From: Candidatus Poribacteria bacterium
Lineage (GTDB): Bacteria > Poribacteria > WGA-4E > WGA-3G
Reading direction: 5' to 3'
NCBI GenBank assembly: GCA_965242965.1
Contig: OZ251518.1
Span: 4,704,001-4,768,000, forward strand
Length of the DNA: 64,000 nucleotides
This document shows positions 31,199 to 41,456 of the stretch, piece after piece. Both the position numbers and the translations under genes were made by a program. The notes below the pieces were generated by a model. It was not told the DNA's origin. It searched no databases and worked only from the letters and a program-made list of their open reading frames with translations. Every line of letters begins with the position of its first letter. Position 1 is the first letter of the stretch.

Positions 31199-31500
31199 TC
31201 ATCGAAAACCGCCTGTTCACCGTAGCGTGAGGGCCTGTCCCTCGCGAGCATCCGAACAAGGAACAATCTCATGACACCGTAGCGCGAGGGCCTGTCCCTC
31301 GCGAGCGTCTAATCATCGAAAACCGCCTGTTCCCCGTAGCGCGAGGGCCTGTCCCTCGCGAGCATCCGAACAAGGAACAGGGTGTGTCAGTTGCACCGTA
31401 GCGCGAGGGCCTGTCGAGACCAGGAGGTCTCTCCTACGGGGAGGCATCGAGTGTCAGTTGCACCGTAGCGCGAGGGCCTGTCCCTCGCGAACATCCGACG
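31195..31500 (+). repeat. Tandem REP array with captured flanking sequence
   Basis: Five CCGTAGCG(C/T)GAGGGCCTGTC copies; linkers repeat CTAATCATCGAAAACCGCCTGTTC and GTGTCAGTTG. Confidence 0.85.
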
Positions 31501-31555
31501 ACGCGACAGACAGGCATCTCCCTACGATTAAAGAAACGACACAAGGAGGCACTTC

Positions 31556-34051
31556 ATGCAAGACTATCAACCGATACCACTTTCTGATTTATGCAACGTT
31601 GGCGCGGACATTTTGGGCGAGGGAGCTAACCCCGCCATCGGTTCGCAAACGTTTCACGGTTTGCCGTTCCAAATCGGCGAAGACACTGCATGCTTCCTCG
31701 GTTTCGGCGACGGTATCAACACCGAGTCTCTCCGTGTGCCGATTGCCGCGAAGCCGCGCCGCGTCATCGTCGCGCATCGCCTGCTGGAAACACAGATTTT
31801 TGATGGCGAACCGATTGGCAAGCACATCGCCAATTATGTCTTCCGTTATGCTGATGGCGAGACGGTGAATGTCCCCATTCGCGAGCGGTTTGAGATTGCT
31901 TCCTTGCCACAAGGATGGGGACAACAACCCTTCCTCGCTGTGCCAGACCAGGGGGAAGGACTCATCAACAGGCATCAGGGGCCCTGGGGCTCCGCAGGCA
32001 ATCGCCAAACCGAAACATACCAGACCTACCCGCGCGACTATTATTTGTGGATTTGGGAGAACCCGCGACCGGATGTTGAAATTGAATCCGTTGAGATTCA
32101 GCCGATAGAGCGAAAATTCATCATCGCCGCTATCACCCTCGGTTATCTTGACGAAGCCCCGGTTTCTCGCCACCCGCGCCGCGAACTCAAGATTACGCTT
32201 CCACAACCAGACGATGCCGAAAAATCGTTTGACATGGAAGTGGAGGTAGATAGGGGTGTCGCGACATATCCGTATCCACTCCCTGAAAACTCGGCGGCTG
32301 CTTTCATCAATGACGATTTCAGAGGGTGGGGCGAATCCCAAAACAACAAAAGCAGTCCGGCGTATGTGGAGGTATCCGCTACTCCCTCGGCGAGCGTGGA
32401 AATCAAAAACCACGGCGAAACACTCGGCACCGTGAATTGGGGAGAAGTGGAAGAAAAAGGCACGGTGCAACCGAACGAGCGCGTCAAGGTGCAGCTCATT
32501 GATACCGGCAGAAACTGGGTGCATACCACCGTGCTTGATGACGACACGAACAAACCGGTGCCGTGTCGTATCCATTTCCGTTCCCCGCACGGCGTTCCGT
32601 ATGCACCGCACGGCCATCATGCGCATGTCAATTCAAACATGGGCACGTGGCACATCGATGTCGGCGGCGATGTGCGGCTTGGGCAAATCAGTTATGCCTA
32701 TATTGACGGCACTTGCCAAGGCTGGCTACCGCGCGGCGAGGTGATTGTGGATGTCGCCCGTGGTTTTGAATACACGCCGCTGCGGACTTCCGTGGAGATT
32801 CAACCGGGACAGCGCGAACTCACGCTGCGCCTCAAGCGGTGGTGTAATATGAACGCCGAACGCTATTTTAGCGGCGACACGCATGTCCACTTCCTCTCTA
32901 CGCAAGGCGCGCACACCGAAGCGCAAGGCGAAGACCTCGGGGTAGTCAACCTGCTTCTCTCGCAGTGGGGACATCTCTTCACGAATACCGAAGAGTTCAT
33001 CGGCAGGCCGACGGTATCGGCTGATGGCAGGAGCATCGTCTATGCTACGCAAGAGAATCGCCAGCATGTGCTAGGGCATCTCACCTTGCTCGGTTTGAAA
33101 GAGCAGGTTGCGCCGTGGTGTTCCGATGGCCCCGGTGAGGCAGAGCTCGGTGGGAACATGGAGACGACGCTTTCGCACTGGGCAGATGCATGTCATGCGC
33201 AAGGCGGCACCGTCGTCTTGCCGCATATCCCGAATCCGAACTGCGAACCCGCAACGCTCATCGCCACCGGGCGCGTCGATGCCGTTGAATACCTCACCAA
33301 TGCGATGTATGGACACATTGAATACTACCGCTATCTCAATTGCGGCTATAAACTGCCACTCGTCGGTGGGACAGATAAAATGTCCAGCGACGTGCCGGTC
33401 GGCGTTTACCGCACCTACGTCCACATCCCTGAAAATGAGGAATTCAACTACGATAATTGGTGCAAATATATGAGTGCCGGCAATACTTTCCTCAGCGGCG
33501 GTCCGATGATTCGGCTCACCGTTGATGGACAGCCGGTCGGCAGCACTATCAATCTGCCCGGCAACGGAGGCACGGTAGAAGTGGAGGCATCCGCGGATTC
33601 CATCTTCCCTATCCACACGTTGCAAATCGTTCAGGAGGGGAAAGTCGTCGCGTCTACGGAGGATAAAAACGGGGCGCGCCAGCTGCGACTGAAGGCAAAC
33701 CTGAAAGTAGATAAGCATTCGTGGATCGCGGCGCGATGCGGCGGACCTGGGTATGCGCAAGCCGTTCCGCATCACGATGGTTGGGGACGCGGCATTATCG
33801 CGCACACATCGCCAGTTTACCTCGCTGTCGGCGGAGAGTGGTGGATGTTCGATCCGGAAACCGCCAATTACATGCTGACGCTGATTGAAGGGGGATTGTC
33901 TTACATCAGTGAGCGCGCCCGGCACCATCACCCTGGCACCGTTACGCATCACCACGGTGAGGAAGACCATTTGGAGTTCTTGTCTCGGCCATTCAATCAA
34001 GCGCGCGAGGCAATTCATCGTCGGATGCATCAGTTGGGTATCCCGCATTAA
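31556..34051 (+). CDS. CehA/McbA-family (PHP-like) metallohydrolase
   Basis: YFSGDTHVH, ENRQHVLGHL, YYRYLNCGYKLPLVGGTD, YRTYV, AHTSPVY. Confidence 0.85.
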   Translation: MQDYQPIPLSDLCNVGADILGEGANPAIGSQTFHGLPFQIGEDTACFLGFGDGINTESLRVPIAAKPRRVIVAHRLLETQIFDGEPIGKHIANYVFRYADGETVNVPIRERFEIASLPQGWGQQPFLAVPDQGEGLINRHQGPWGSAGNRQTETYQTYPRDYYLWIWENPRPDVEIESVEIQPIERKFIIAAITLGYLDEAPVSRHPRRELKITLPQPDDAEKSFDMEVEVDRGVATYPYPLPENSAAAFINDDFRGWGESQNNKSSPAYVEVSATPSASVEIKNHGETLGTVNWGEVEEKGTVQPNERVKVQLIDTGRNWVHTTVLDDDTNKPVPCRIHFRSPHGVPYAPHGHHAHVNSNMGTWHIDVGGDVRLGQISYAYIDGTCQGWLPRGEVIVDVARGFEYTPLRTSVEIQPGQRELTLRLKRWCNMNAERYFSGDTHVHFLSTQGAHTEAQGEDLGVVNLLLSQWGHLFTNTEEFIGRPTVSADGRSIVYATQENRQHVLGHLTLLGLKEQVAPWCSDGPGEAELGGNMETTLSHWADACHAQGGTVVLPHIPNPNCEPATLIATGRVDAVEYLTNAMYGHIEYYRYLNCGYKLPLVGGTDKMSSDVPVGVYRTYVHIPENEEFNYDNWCKYMSAGNTFLSGGPMIRLTVDGQPVGSTINLPGNGGTVEVEASADSIFPIHTLQIVQEGKVVASTEDKNGARQLRLKANLKVDKHSWIAARCGGPGYAQAVPHHDGWGRGIIAHTSPVYLAVGGEWWMFDPETANYMLTLIEGGLSYISERARHHHPGTVTHHHGEEDHLEFLSRPFNQAREAIHRRMHQLGIPH

Positions 34052-34062
34052 CGGATGCTGAT

Positions 34063-34333
34063 AATCCCGTTGGCCCGTAGCGCGGGGGCCTGTCCCCCGC
34101 ATGCTCCGTTAATCCCGTTGGCCCGTAGCGCGGGGGCCTGTCCCCCGCGTGCTCCGTGGCACGGCGAGGGACAGGCCCTCGCCCTACGGCGGTAAGAGGG
34201 CGTTTTAGGTGACGTAGCGCGGGGGCCTGTCCCCCGCGATCTACCGACCTAGGCGGAAAATGCCAGCAACCCAGAGACTACGGATGTTTGATGCTAAGAC
34301 TGACGCACGGCGAGGGACAGGCCCTCGCCCTAC
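34063..34333. repeat. REP cluster including a 120-bp REP doublet (34214-34333)
   Basis: Alternating GTAGCGCGGGGGCCTGTCCCCCGC and GGCGAGGGACAGGCCCTCGCCCTAC. Confidence 0.85.
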
Positions 34334-34391
34334 GGAAATAGAGAGATTCGGAATAAATTATAGAGAGTTGTCCTTACAAGAGGAGAAAACC

Positions 34392-35366
34392 ATGCCAAAA
34401 GAATTAGTTGCACTCGCCCCCCGTCAACCAGTCTTAAGAGACTACGAAGACGGTCCTTTACCAGCCGATAGCGTGCGCGTCCAAGTCGAATTCGGCGCGC
34501 CGAAACGCGGCACCGAGATGACAATGTATTACGGACTCCGCGGCGCGGGGTTCCCACAAGGACTCGGAAATATGTGCGTCGGCAGCGTCATCGAAATCGG
34601 CGACGAAGTGGAAGGCGTTGAACTCGGTGAACGTGTCGCTGGACACGGGCATCTCAAGGAGACGCACACCTGGAACGCGCAGCGCATCCTCAAAATGAAC
34701 GAGCGGATGACGTGGAAAGAGGCGGTCTGCTATGATCCGGCGCATTTCGCCCTCGCCGCGATTCGTGATGGACAGGTGCGCGTCGGGGACCGGGTTGCAG
34801 TCTTCGGGCTCGGTGCCATCGGGTTAGTGACACAGCAATTCGCGAAGGTGGCAGGCGCGGATTTCGTCGCCGCCGTAGATCCGATTGCAGGGCGGCGCGC
34901 TGTCGCCGAAAAAACCGGTGCAGACCTGGTTCTCGATCCGACTGCGTGCAATGTCGGTGAAGTGCTGCACGAAGCCACCGGCGGCCTCGGCGTGGATGTC
35001 GCCATTGAAACGAGTGCGAATTACCACGCGCTTGACGATGCTATCCGCAGTGTCGCATTTGAGGGAACGGTTGTCGTTGCGGGGTGGGCGAAGGAGTGTA
35101 AAGGCGGGCTGGACCTGGGTGCCGTTGCGCATTTCAACATCCCGAATCTCATCTTCGCGCGTGCCAACAGCGACCCGAACCGCGATCATCCGCGCTGGAG
35201 TTTCGGCAGGATTATCGATACGTGTTGGAAGTGGCTCTCCGAGGGCCGGTTTGATTGCGAGGACATCGTTAATCCGGTGGTGCCTTTTGCGGATGCCGCC
35301 ACAGCTTATGAGGAGATGGATAACCATCCGGAGCGGAGTGTTAAGTTGGGTGTATCTTTTGCGTAG
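34392..35366 (+). CDS. Zinc-binding (MDR) dehydrogenase family protein
   Basis: VAVFGLGAIG Rossmann motif, GroES-like N-terminus; AGGAG RBS. Confidence 0.85.
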   Translation: MPKELVALAPRQPVLRDYEDGPLPADSVRVQVEFGAPKRGTEMTMYYGLRGAGFPQGLGNMCVGSVIEIGDEVEGVELGERVAGHGHLKETHTWNAQRILKMNERMTWKEAVCYDPAHFALAAIRDGQVRVGDRVAVFGLGAIGLVTQQFAKVAGADFVAAVDPIAGRRAVAEKTGADLVLDPTACNVGEVLHEATGGLGVDVAIETSANYHALDDAIRSVAFEGTVVVAGWAKECKGGLDLGAVAHFNIPNLIFARANSDPNRDHPRWSFGRIIDTCWKWLSEGRFDCEDIVNPVVPFADAATAYEEMDNHPERSVKLGVSFA

Positions 35367-35370
35367 GCGT

Positions 35371-36010
35371 GGCGAGGGACAGGTTTCCCTCGTCCTACGT
35401 GCCCTGTGGCGATTGCCTATTTCTTCCCGTAGCGCGGGGGCCTGTCCCTCGGTGCATCAAAAACCGCCGCTCATAACGTAGCGCGGGGGCCTGTCCCCCG
35501 CGATGCCAATTGTCTGAAGCAGGATTTACAAGATTTACACGATTTACAAGATTATTTCCCGCGCAATGCATTCTTTTTGCTGCAATGGGTGCCTCTTCAG
35601 GTCCTTTAGGCCCTTAGGCATGGCGAGGGACAGGCCCTCGCCCTACGGTGGGAGGAGGGTGTTTTAGGTGACGTAGCGCGGGGGCCTGTCCCCCGCGATC
35701 TGCCGAACGAAACGAGAAACGTCCACAGCCCAGAGGCCACGGACGTTTGCTGTTAAGACCGAGGCACAGCGAGGGACAGGCCCTCGCCCTACGGTGGTAG
35801 GAGAGGTGTTTTAGGTGACGTAGCGCGGGGGCCTGTCCCCCGCGATCTACCGACCTAAACGAAAACCGTCCACAGCCCAGAGACTACGGACGGTTTCTGT
35901 GATAACCGAGGCACGGCGAGGGGAACCCGCTCGCATGCGCGTGTGGCATGCGAGGGCCCTCGCCCTACGGTTCGGCGGCGCGGTTCGGATAGCCACGAAA
36001 TAAAACGCAC
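35371..36010. repeat. BIME-like mosaic of REPs and REP doublets
   Basis: About eight REP copies, CAGGATTT and AGGTCCTTT periodic motifs; doublets at 35673-35792 and 35820-35968. Confidence 0.85.
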
Positions 36011-36015
36011 CTTAT

Positions 36016-36756
36016 CTAATTTTGCTTCTGGTAAACCGCGCTCACACCCGTACTCGGCCAAAACAAACTGAAGTGTTTCCCATCCCAAGTATAGGTGCTC
36101 AACGACGGATTAGAACCCCCATCCGGTGTCCATTGGATAGTCCCTTTCCGCGCATCAAACGGTTCAATCAGTTCATACGCCCCGGACGAAAAGTCATCCG
36201 AGATGGTTTCCAGCACTTCTCCCACCAACTCCTGTTCCGCTTGTTGTTGCGAGAATGTCGTTGTCGTGAGGCGCAACGTGCCGGTGAGTTCCAACCGGTT
36301 GCCGCGCACTTCATAGCGCGTGAGCTCGTAAGCACCACTCAGCGTCTGCGCCACTCGGTAGGCTTTGGAGAAAACGAGAATAGACGCTGATTTTGAGACG
36401 TTTTCTTCACTGATGCCATCCCGCACATAGACTTTGACAGAGATACCAATCGGTGGGACCACCGGATCGATCGGCAGCGGCGGTGCTGTCCACTGCACCT
36501 CGGGTCCTGTTTCTAAAATCAGCGTGCCATCGGAGACTTCCCATTCGTAAGTCAGGGTATCGTCTTCGGGATCAAACACCCGCACGCGAAATTCGACGGT
36601 GTCACCGTATTGGACCTCGTTTGGGACGGTGAAACTGTTAATTTTCGGCGGATCGTTGGTGAGCTTCTTGTATTCGCCGCAGCCACTGACGATTGCGAGT
36701 ATCGCGCATGCTACGACGTAAATTGTGAACGGTTTATAGTGTGAAAAAACTTTCAT
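36016..36756 (-). CDS. Lipoprotein with an Ig-like/PKD-like domain
   Basis: Lipobox VSGC; NDPPKI...DPEDDTLTYEW...VQWTAP; AGGAG RBS. Confidence 0.75.
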   Translation of the reverse strand: MKVFSHYKPFTIYVVACAILAIVSGCGEYKKLTNDPPKINSFTVPNEVQYGDTVEFRVRVFDPEDDTLTYEWEVSDGTLILETGPEVQWTAPPLPIDPVVPPIGISVKVYVRDGISEENVSKSASILVFSKAYRVAQTLSGAYELTRYEVRGNRLELTGTLRLTTTTFSQQQAEQELVGEVLETISDDFSSGAYELIEPFDARKGTIQWTPDGGSNPSLSTYTWDGKHFSLFWPSTGVSAVYQKQN

Positions 36757-36774
36757 AACTTTCTACTCCTTTGG

Positions 36775-37425
36775 CGCGAGGTTGGCCCTCGCGGTTTTAA
36801 TTGTCTGAAGCAGGATTAGCAGGATTTCCAAGATGTCCAAGATTAGGAACTCCTTGGCGATGCAAATCAACTTTCTTACCGTAGCGCGGGGGCCTCTCCC
36901 CGGTGCATCAAAAACCGCCGCTTATGACGTAGCGCGGGGGCCTGTCCCCCGCGAGCCCTCAGTTGTCTGAAGCAGGATTTACAAGATTATCTCTCGCGCA
37001 ACGAGCATGCTTTTTGCAATGGATGCCTCTTCAGGTCCTTTAGGACCTGCATGTCTATAGAAAAACAGCCCTGCCACCGTTTTCAAGGTCCGCTAGGACC
37101 TTAATCAAGCGGCAGCCAAGTGAGCAGAGGCACATTAAGACCTAAAGGACCTTAGGGTGCCGTTAATCCTGCTCATCTATAGACATTAAGGACCTAAAGG
37201 ACCTTAGGCAAGGCGAGGGACAGGCCCTCGCCCTACGTGCCATGCGGTGATTGCCTATTGCTTACCGTAGCGCGGGGGCCTGTCCCCCGCGAACGTTCAA
37301 TTGTCTGAAGCAGGATTTGCAAGATTAGCAGGATTTACAAGATGAAGATTTCCGCGTTTCCAAGCGGTTGCTGTGCAGCGGCAAAACGCCACGGTTACCG
37401 TAGCGCGGGGGCCTTTCCCCCGTAA
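36775..37425. repeat. Repeat mosaic (REPs, TGTCTGAAGCAGGATT units, AGGACCT 10-bp-periodic units)
   Basis: Three TTGTCTGAAGCAGGATT starts (~36801, ~36964, ~37301) and several GGGCCTGTCCCC REPs. Confidence 0.8.
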
Positions 37426-37606
37426 TGCCAATCGAATGCCCAGCCAGTTCACTGATGATAAGCGGAACGTCACTCTCATCCAACGCTTGCACGCCCTCCT
37501 CCCCGACATGCCAAAAGCCCGCCGCAGTGTAGACGTACTGGACCCCGTCATACGTGAAAGTAATCCCCGTCTCGTGAGGAACGCAATGGATCTTGCTCAT
37601 GCTCAT
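37325..37606 (-). CDS. Small hypothetical protein whose 3' end runs into a REP
   Basis: AAGGGAG before ATG; globular-looking N-terminal ~60 aa; tail is repeat-derived. Confidence 0.35.
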   Translation of the reverse strand: MSMSKIHCVPHETGITFTYDGVQYVYTAAGFWHVGEEGVQALDESDVPLIISELAGHSIGITGERPPRYGNRGVLPLHSNRLETRKSSSCKSC

Positions 37607-37618
37607 CTCCCTTATGAT

Positions 37619-37652
37619 AAAAAAACCCGGCCGCGCCGTACCGCGGCCGGGG
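37619..37652 (-). terminator. Intrinsic terminator of the LRR gene
   Basis: - strand CCCGGCCGCG-GTACGG-CGCGGCCGGG followed by a T tract. Confidence 0.85.
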
Positions 37653-37683
37653 TCTTCGGTTCTGCGCTTGTGGTGATGGCGCG

Positions 37684-38712
37684 CTATTTCCCAAACGCAC
37701 CCGCAACCCACACCAGATCCTGAATGTTGACAACACCATCGCCGTTCACATCTGCAACGTGCTCACCCGTTTTCCCGAACTGACCGGCAACCAGCGTGAG
37801 ATCCTGAATGTTGACGACACCGTCCCCATTCACATCCGCGACATTGTCAAATTCCACCTCTATCCCCTTCGCCTGCAAAGCGGGAATATGCGTGTAGAGA
37901 GAGGCATAACTGAGCGGGCATCCGCCGAGAAGCAGCCTCTCCAAGTTTGTCAGGTTTTCCAGCACCGAGATATCCGAGACGGCGGTGCCGTGGAGATACA
38001 GCGTCACCAAGTTTGTGAGACTTGCCAGCACCGAGATATCCGAGACGGCGGTTTCGCCGAGATTCAGCTCCGTCAAGTTTGTGAGTCCTGCCAGCATAGA
38101 TACATCTGAAACTGCGGTGCCGTAGAGATTCAGCACCTTCAAGTTTATCAGGTTTTCCAGCGGCGAGATATCCGAGACGGCGGTGCCGCTGAGATCCAGC
38201 CTCTCCAAGTTTGTGAGACTTGCCACCGAGACATCCGAGACGGCGGTGTTCCAGAGAATCAGCACCTTCAAGTTTATCAGGTTTTCCAGCGGCGAGATAT
38301 CCGAGACGGCGGTGTGGCTGAGAAACAGCGTCTCCAAGTTTGTCAGGTTTTCCAGCGGCGAGATATCCGAGACAGCGGTGGTGCTGAGAAACAGTTCCGT
38401 CAAGTTTGTGAGTCCTGCCAGCGCCGAGATATCCGAGAAGGCGGAGAATCCGAGATTCAGCCACTCCAAGTTGACTGCATGCTCCAGCCCGGTGAGATCT
38501 GCTATCCCACGGAAGCTGAAGCCTGCATCAAGCTCCGTTAACTCGCGCATCGCATCCGCCGTGATGGCCGCATCTGCCGGCAACCCAAGGGCTTCGCGGA
38601 TGACCGCCGCTAACTCGTCATCGGGGATGTTGACTTCTTGTGCGGTGGCGGTCGTCACTGCCATCGCGGCTATTAACACCAGTGTTAAGGTTAAAAGCGT
38701 TAATTTTTTCAT
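37684..38712 (-). CDS. Secreted internalin-like leucine-rich repeat protein with a dockerin-like C-terminus
   Basis: Signal peptide; IPDDELAAVIREALG cap; about nine 22-aa LxxLxLxxTAVSDISxL repeats; twin DVNGDGVVNIQDL; AGGAG RBS. Confidence 0.9.
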   Translation of the reverse strand: MKKLTLLTLTLVLIAAMAVTTATAQEVNIPDDELAAVIREALGLPADAAITADAMRELTELDAGFSFRGIADLTGLEHAVNLEWLNLGFSAFSDISALAGLTNLTELFLSTTAVSDISPLENLTNLETLFLSHTAVSDISPLENLINLKVLILWNTAVSDVSVASLTNLERLDLSGTAVSDISPLENLINLKVLNLYGTAVSDVSMLAGLTNLTELNLGETAVSDISVLASLTNLVTLYLHGTAVSDISVLENLTNLERLLLGGCPLSYASLYTHIPALQAKGIEVEFDNVADVNGDGVVNIQDLTLVAGQFGKTGEHVADVNGDGVVNIQDLVWVAGAFGK

Positions 38713-38842
38713 TTGGATTTCTCCTTTTGTGTATCGGGACCGGGAGGTCCCTCCTACTGAAGAGGGCGGCCATAGACATCCACCCTCATTCGGATTTCGA
38801 TGCACGGCGAGGGACAGGCCCTCGCCCTACGGTAATTCATCG

Positions 38843-39090
38843 GTAGGCGCGGTTTGCAACTGCGCCTACCGAGGTTGTGTGCGAGCTCGTGTGCCCGCCC
38901 ATGTCTCGTCTGTCTGAATCAGGATGGACAAGATTTACAAGATTTCCAGGATGAGGAGTCTCCTGTCGTAGGAGACTTGCTTTCCCGGTAGGAGCGACCT
39001 CCCGGTCGCGATGTCTACCAGGCAGGCTTTGGATAAGCGATGTGCTCATAATCCTGTTAATCCTATAATCCTGCAGATCCTGATTCCGAC
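38843..39090 (+). mobile_element. MITE-like composite repeat, copy 1
   Basis: Inverted ends GTCTGAATCAGGAT...ATCCTGATTCCGAC (38912-39090) enclosing a REP; colinear with 41031-41291. Confidence 0.6.
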
Positions 39091-39118
39091 GATTTCCACG
39101 GCGAATTGGCCGTGTGAA

Positions 39119-40909
39119 TCATCTACCATTGACATACCGAACCAAACTCGCGAGTGTCACCCTCCCTCGGTTTGGGTGACTGGTACGGCTATCCGGCAGG
39201 CTTCCGTTCGCGTTGTCCGGCTCGCCTCCATCTTCGTTATCTGACAGGCTTCCGTTCGCGTTGTCCGGCTCGCCTCCGTCTTCGTTATCCGGCGGGCTTC
39301 CGTTCGCGTTGTCCGGCTCGCCTTCATCTTCGTTGTCTGGCGGGCTTCCGTTCGCATTGCCAGACTCGCCTCCGTTCTCGTCAACATTCTTGTCAACGAG
39401 GCAGAGATCTGCATCCCAACTATCGTCTCTCAAGAACGATGTCTCGCAGTGGACGAGCATCGCGCCGAAGACTTCCATGAGAATAGCGGAGCCGACAGGC
39501 CCTAGCCGATCGCCACCGCCTTGGACACCTGCCTCACGCATCAGGTAAAGAAAGAGCGGCGTGTGCTTTGCGAGGTCGCCCTGCAATTCCTTGTCAATGC
39601 CGTTCCATCCCGGAATGTTATTGAACTCCAGGTCTTGCGCGGAATCAATGCCGTATGCTTTTGGCAGTGCCTTCGCGACTTTTTGCCCACTTGGCAATCC
39701 CAACACATACCCTCGGAGGAGGTTTCGGAAGGCCAATGACCTGTCGTTTTGTGGCGAATTCCGCCCAACAACCGGATCTGGCAGGCGAACCAATTCATCT
39801 GCCAGCAGATGGTCAATCGCTTTCGACTTCGCGTAAGGATGACACTTCTTGACGTTCAAAAGGAACCGCCAATCCACGGTGAGTTCCGGCGGCACTTGTG
39901 CGAAGCCGAGGGTGCCGAAGCGTTCGTCAAATATCTCAATCGCCGGATAATCCGCGTTGACCGGATACTGAGAACGCACCATGGAATGCCCAAAGCGATA
40001 GGCAGCGGCGGCAAACTCAACCGGCATGATGAGGTGGCGATCATCGCAAAACAATGCGTTGAAGCAAGAGGACTCCTCCTTTTCGTCTTTGGATTCAGTC
40101 TCGCCTTCTGTGGCGGCTCCTGAATTTTCGTCAGGCTTGGGGTCATCCGCCTTTTTCGCATTTTCCTCGGCGTTGAGTTCTGCCGCGCAGTTCTCAATCC
40201 GTTTCACAGCGACCTCATAAATCGCTGTATCACAGATGCGATTCAAGAAGTCGTAGAGCACAATGGCTTGGTAGTGGTACCTCGCCTCTTTTTGCGCTGC
40301 CTCAAAACTCCGTCCGATGAGCAGACGGTTATGAAAGCGCAAGAACAGCAGGTGCAGCTGTGAAAGGAAGAGGTTTTCGTCGTTGCGCGGATCGCCGAGC
40401 AACGCATGCCCATCCGCGCGGCGCGGCACATCGCTCGGATTCTCAACGCCGTTAACCTGACTGCCAACAAGCAGCCGCCCCCGTTGGCTTGGGTCATACA
40501 GATGCGGCGACACATCAGGCCCGAATCCATAGACAGCATCCAGGTCAAGGGAGGCAGACCGGAGATTCGGCAGTTTTTTCACTGCTGCCTTGTCCAATGC
40601 TTTCCCATGGAGTTTGCTGCCAGCATCCAGCGTGATATCGTGATCCACGAACTGCGCGAAGAACGTGTAGGCAGCGGGAATCTCACTGTTACCGGAAGCA
40701 TCCTCGGCATCGTGCATGATCCCGCCCGGTCCGCCGAGCAGGGCTGCAATCTCCTCCGCCTGATTTTGGTCGATTTCCACGCCGGCTGCCTCTGCCATGT
40801 CGTATGCCCATGTTGGTAAATCCGGGAATAACCTGCCGAAATTCCCAAGGCGGAGATGGGCACAGCCAATGGGCATGGAAGTTCCATGCATGGATTTTTT
40901 GTTATTCAT
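39119..40909 (-). CDS. Heme peroxidase (peroxidase-cyclooxygenase superfamily)
   Basis: FAQFVDHDIT, LDLDAVYG, GDPRNDEN, FLRFHN, EFAAAAYRFGHSMVR, TPLFLYLMREA, LGPVGS; AAGGAAGG RBS. Confidence 0.9.
   Translation of the reverse strand: MNNKKSMHGTSMPIGCAHLRLGNFGRLFPDLPTWAYDMAEAAGVEIDQNQAEEIAALLGGPGGIMHDAEDASGNSEIPAAYTFFAQFVDHDITLDAGSKLHGKALDKAAVKKLPNLRSASLDLDAVYGFGPDVSPHLYDPSQRGRLLVGSQVNGVENPSDVPRRADGHALLGDPRNDENLFLSQLHLLFLRFHNRLLIGRSFEAAQKEARYHYQAIVLYDFLNRICDTAIYEVAVKRIENCAAELNAEENAKKADDPKPDENSGAATEGETESKDEKEESSCFNALFCDDRHLIMPVEFAAAAYRFGHSMVRSQYPVNADYPAIEIFDERFGTLGFAQVPPELTVDWRFLLNVKKCHPYAKSKAIDHLLADELVRLPDPVVGRNSPQNDRSLAFRNLLRGYVLGLPSGQKVAKALPKAYGIDSAQDLEFNNIPGWNGIDKELQGDLAKHTPLFLYLMREAGVQGGGDRLGPVGSAILMEVFGAMLVHCETSFLRDDSWDADLCLVDKNVDENGGESGNANGSPPDNEDEGEPDNANGSPPDNEDGGEPDNANGSLSDNEDGGEPDNANGSLPDSRTSHPNRGRVTLASLVRYVNGR
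39190..39385 (-). repeat. 48-bp coding tandem repeat x4 (NEDGGEPDNANGSPPD)
   Basis: GGCTTCCGTTCGC at 39199, 39247, 39295 and 39343. Confidence 0.9.
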
Positions 40910-40991
40910 TGTTTTTCCTTCCTTCAGTCAATTGCGAGAGTTTTCTCTCGGTGTTATAAAACATGCGATCCGATTATGAGAAAACTTCTCC

Positions 40992-41020
40992 TTGCTTGCG
41001 CGGGGCAAGCGGTTTATGAT
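40992..41020 (+). promoter_or_regulatory. Possible promoter facing the structured locus
   Basis: TTGCTT, 17 bp, TATGAT; no + strand gene lies downstream. Confidence 0.4.
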
Positions 41021-41030
41021 AGGATTAACG

Positions 41031-41291
41031 CGTAGCGAGGGCGGAGTTTTCATCTCTCCCTCGCGTTGCGTTGGCTGTGGATGGGCTCGTGTGCCCACCC
41101 GGGACTGAGGATGTCTGAATCAGGATTTGCAAGATTCTAGGATTTCCAAGATGAGGGTTGCTTGTCATCGTAGACCCTCTGTCGCGGTAGGAACGATTTC
41201 CCTGATTGCGATTGCTACGAGGGTTAGCCTTGGCTAAGCGATGCGCTCCCAATCCTGTAAATCCTATAATCTTGTGAATCCTGATTCAGAC
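41031..41291 (+). mobile_element. MITE-like composite repeat, copy 2
   Basis: GTCTGAATCAGGAT...ATCCTGATTCAGAC inverted ends; shares GCTCGTGTGCCC and TAAGCGATG with copy 1. Confidence 0.6.
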
Positions 41292-41295
41292 AGTT

Positions 41296-41456
41296 AATTG
41301 CAAATCGTCACCAGACAACGTGTCTGGGGTTACGGCGGGAGGTTGCAGGTGCTTTTCCGCAGTGCAGGGCCTCCCGTAAACGTGGAAACGTTCCAAAATT
41401 CGCGCGTAGTGAATACGCACTGAAAAGATTGAAATCGGTTAGGCCCTTTCAATCTC
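41296..41456 (-). ncRNA. Structured trailer of the orphan ORF (candidate part of a large structured RNA)
   Basis: Consecutive hairpins CCAGACA/TGTCTGG, CGGGAGG/CCTCCCG, GCGTA/TACGC, AGATTGAAA/TTTCAATCT; unrelated to the REP families. Confidence 0.5.

Noticed and set aside
31589-34102. Long antisense ORFs (31589-32626, 33071-34102; also 10819-11703)
   Set aside because: Shadows of well-supported genes on the opposite strand
41305-41420. Group II intron (GTGCG after a terminator-like hairpin; CCGCCGTA...CACGT)
   Set aside because: The domain V stem cannot form, the region is far too short, and there is no RT
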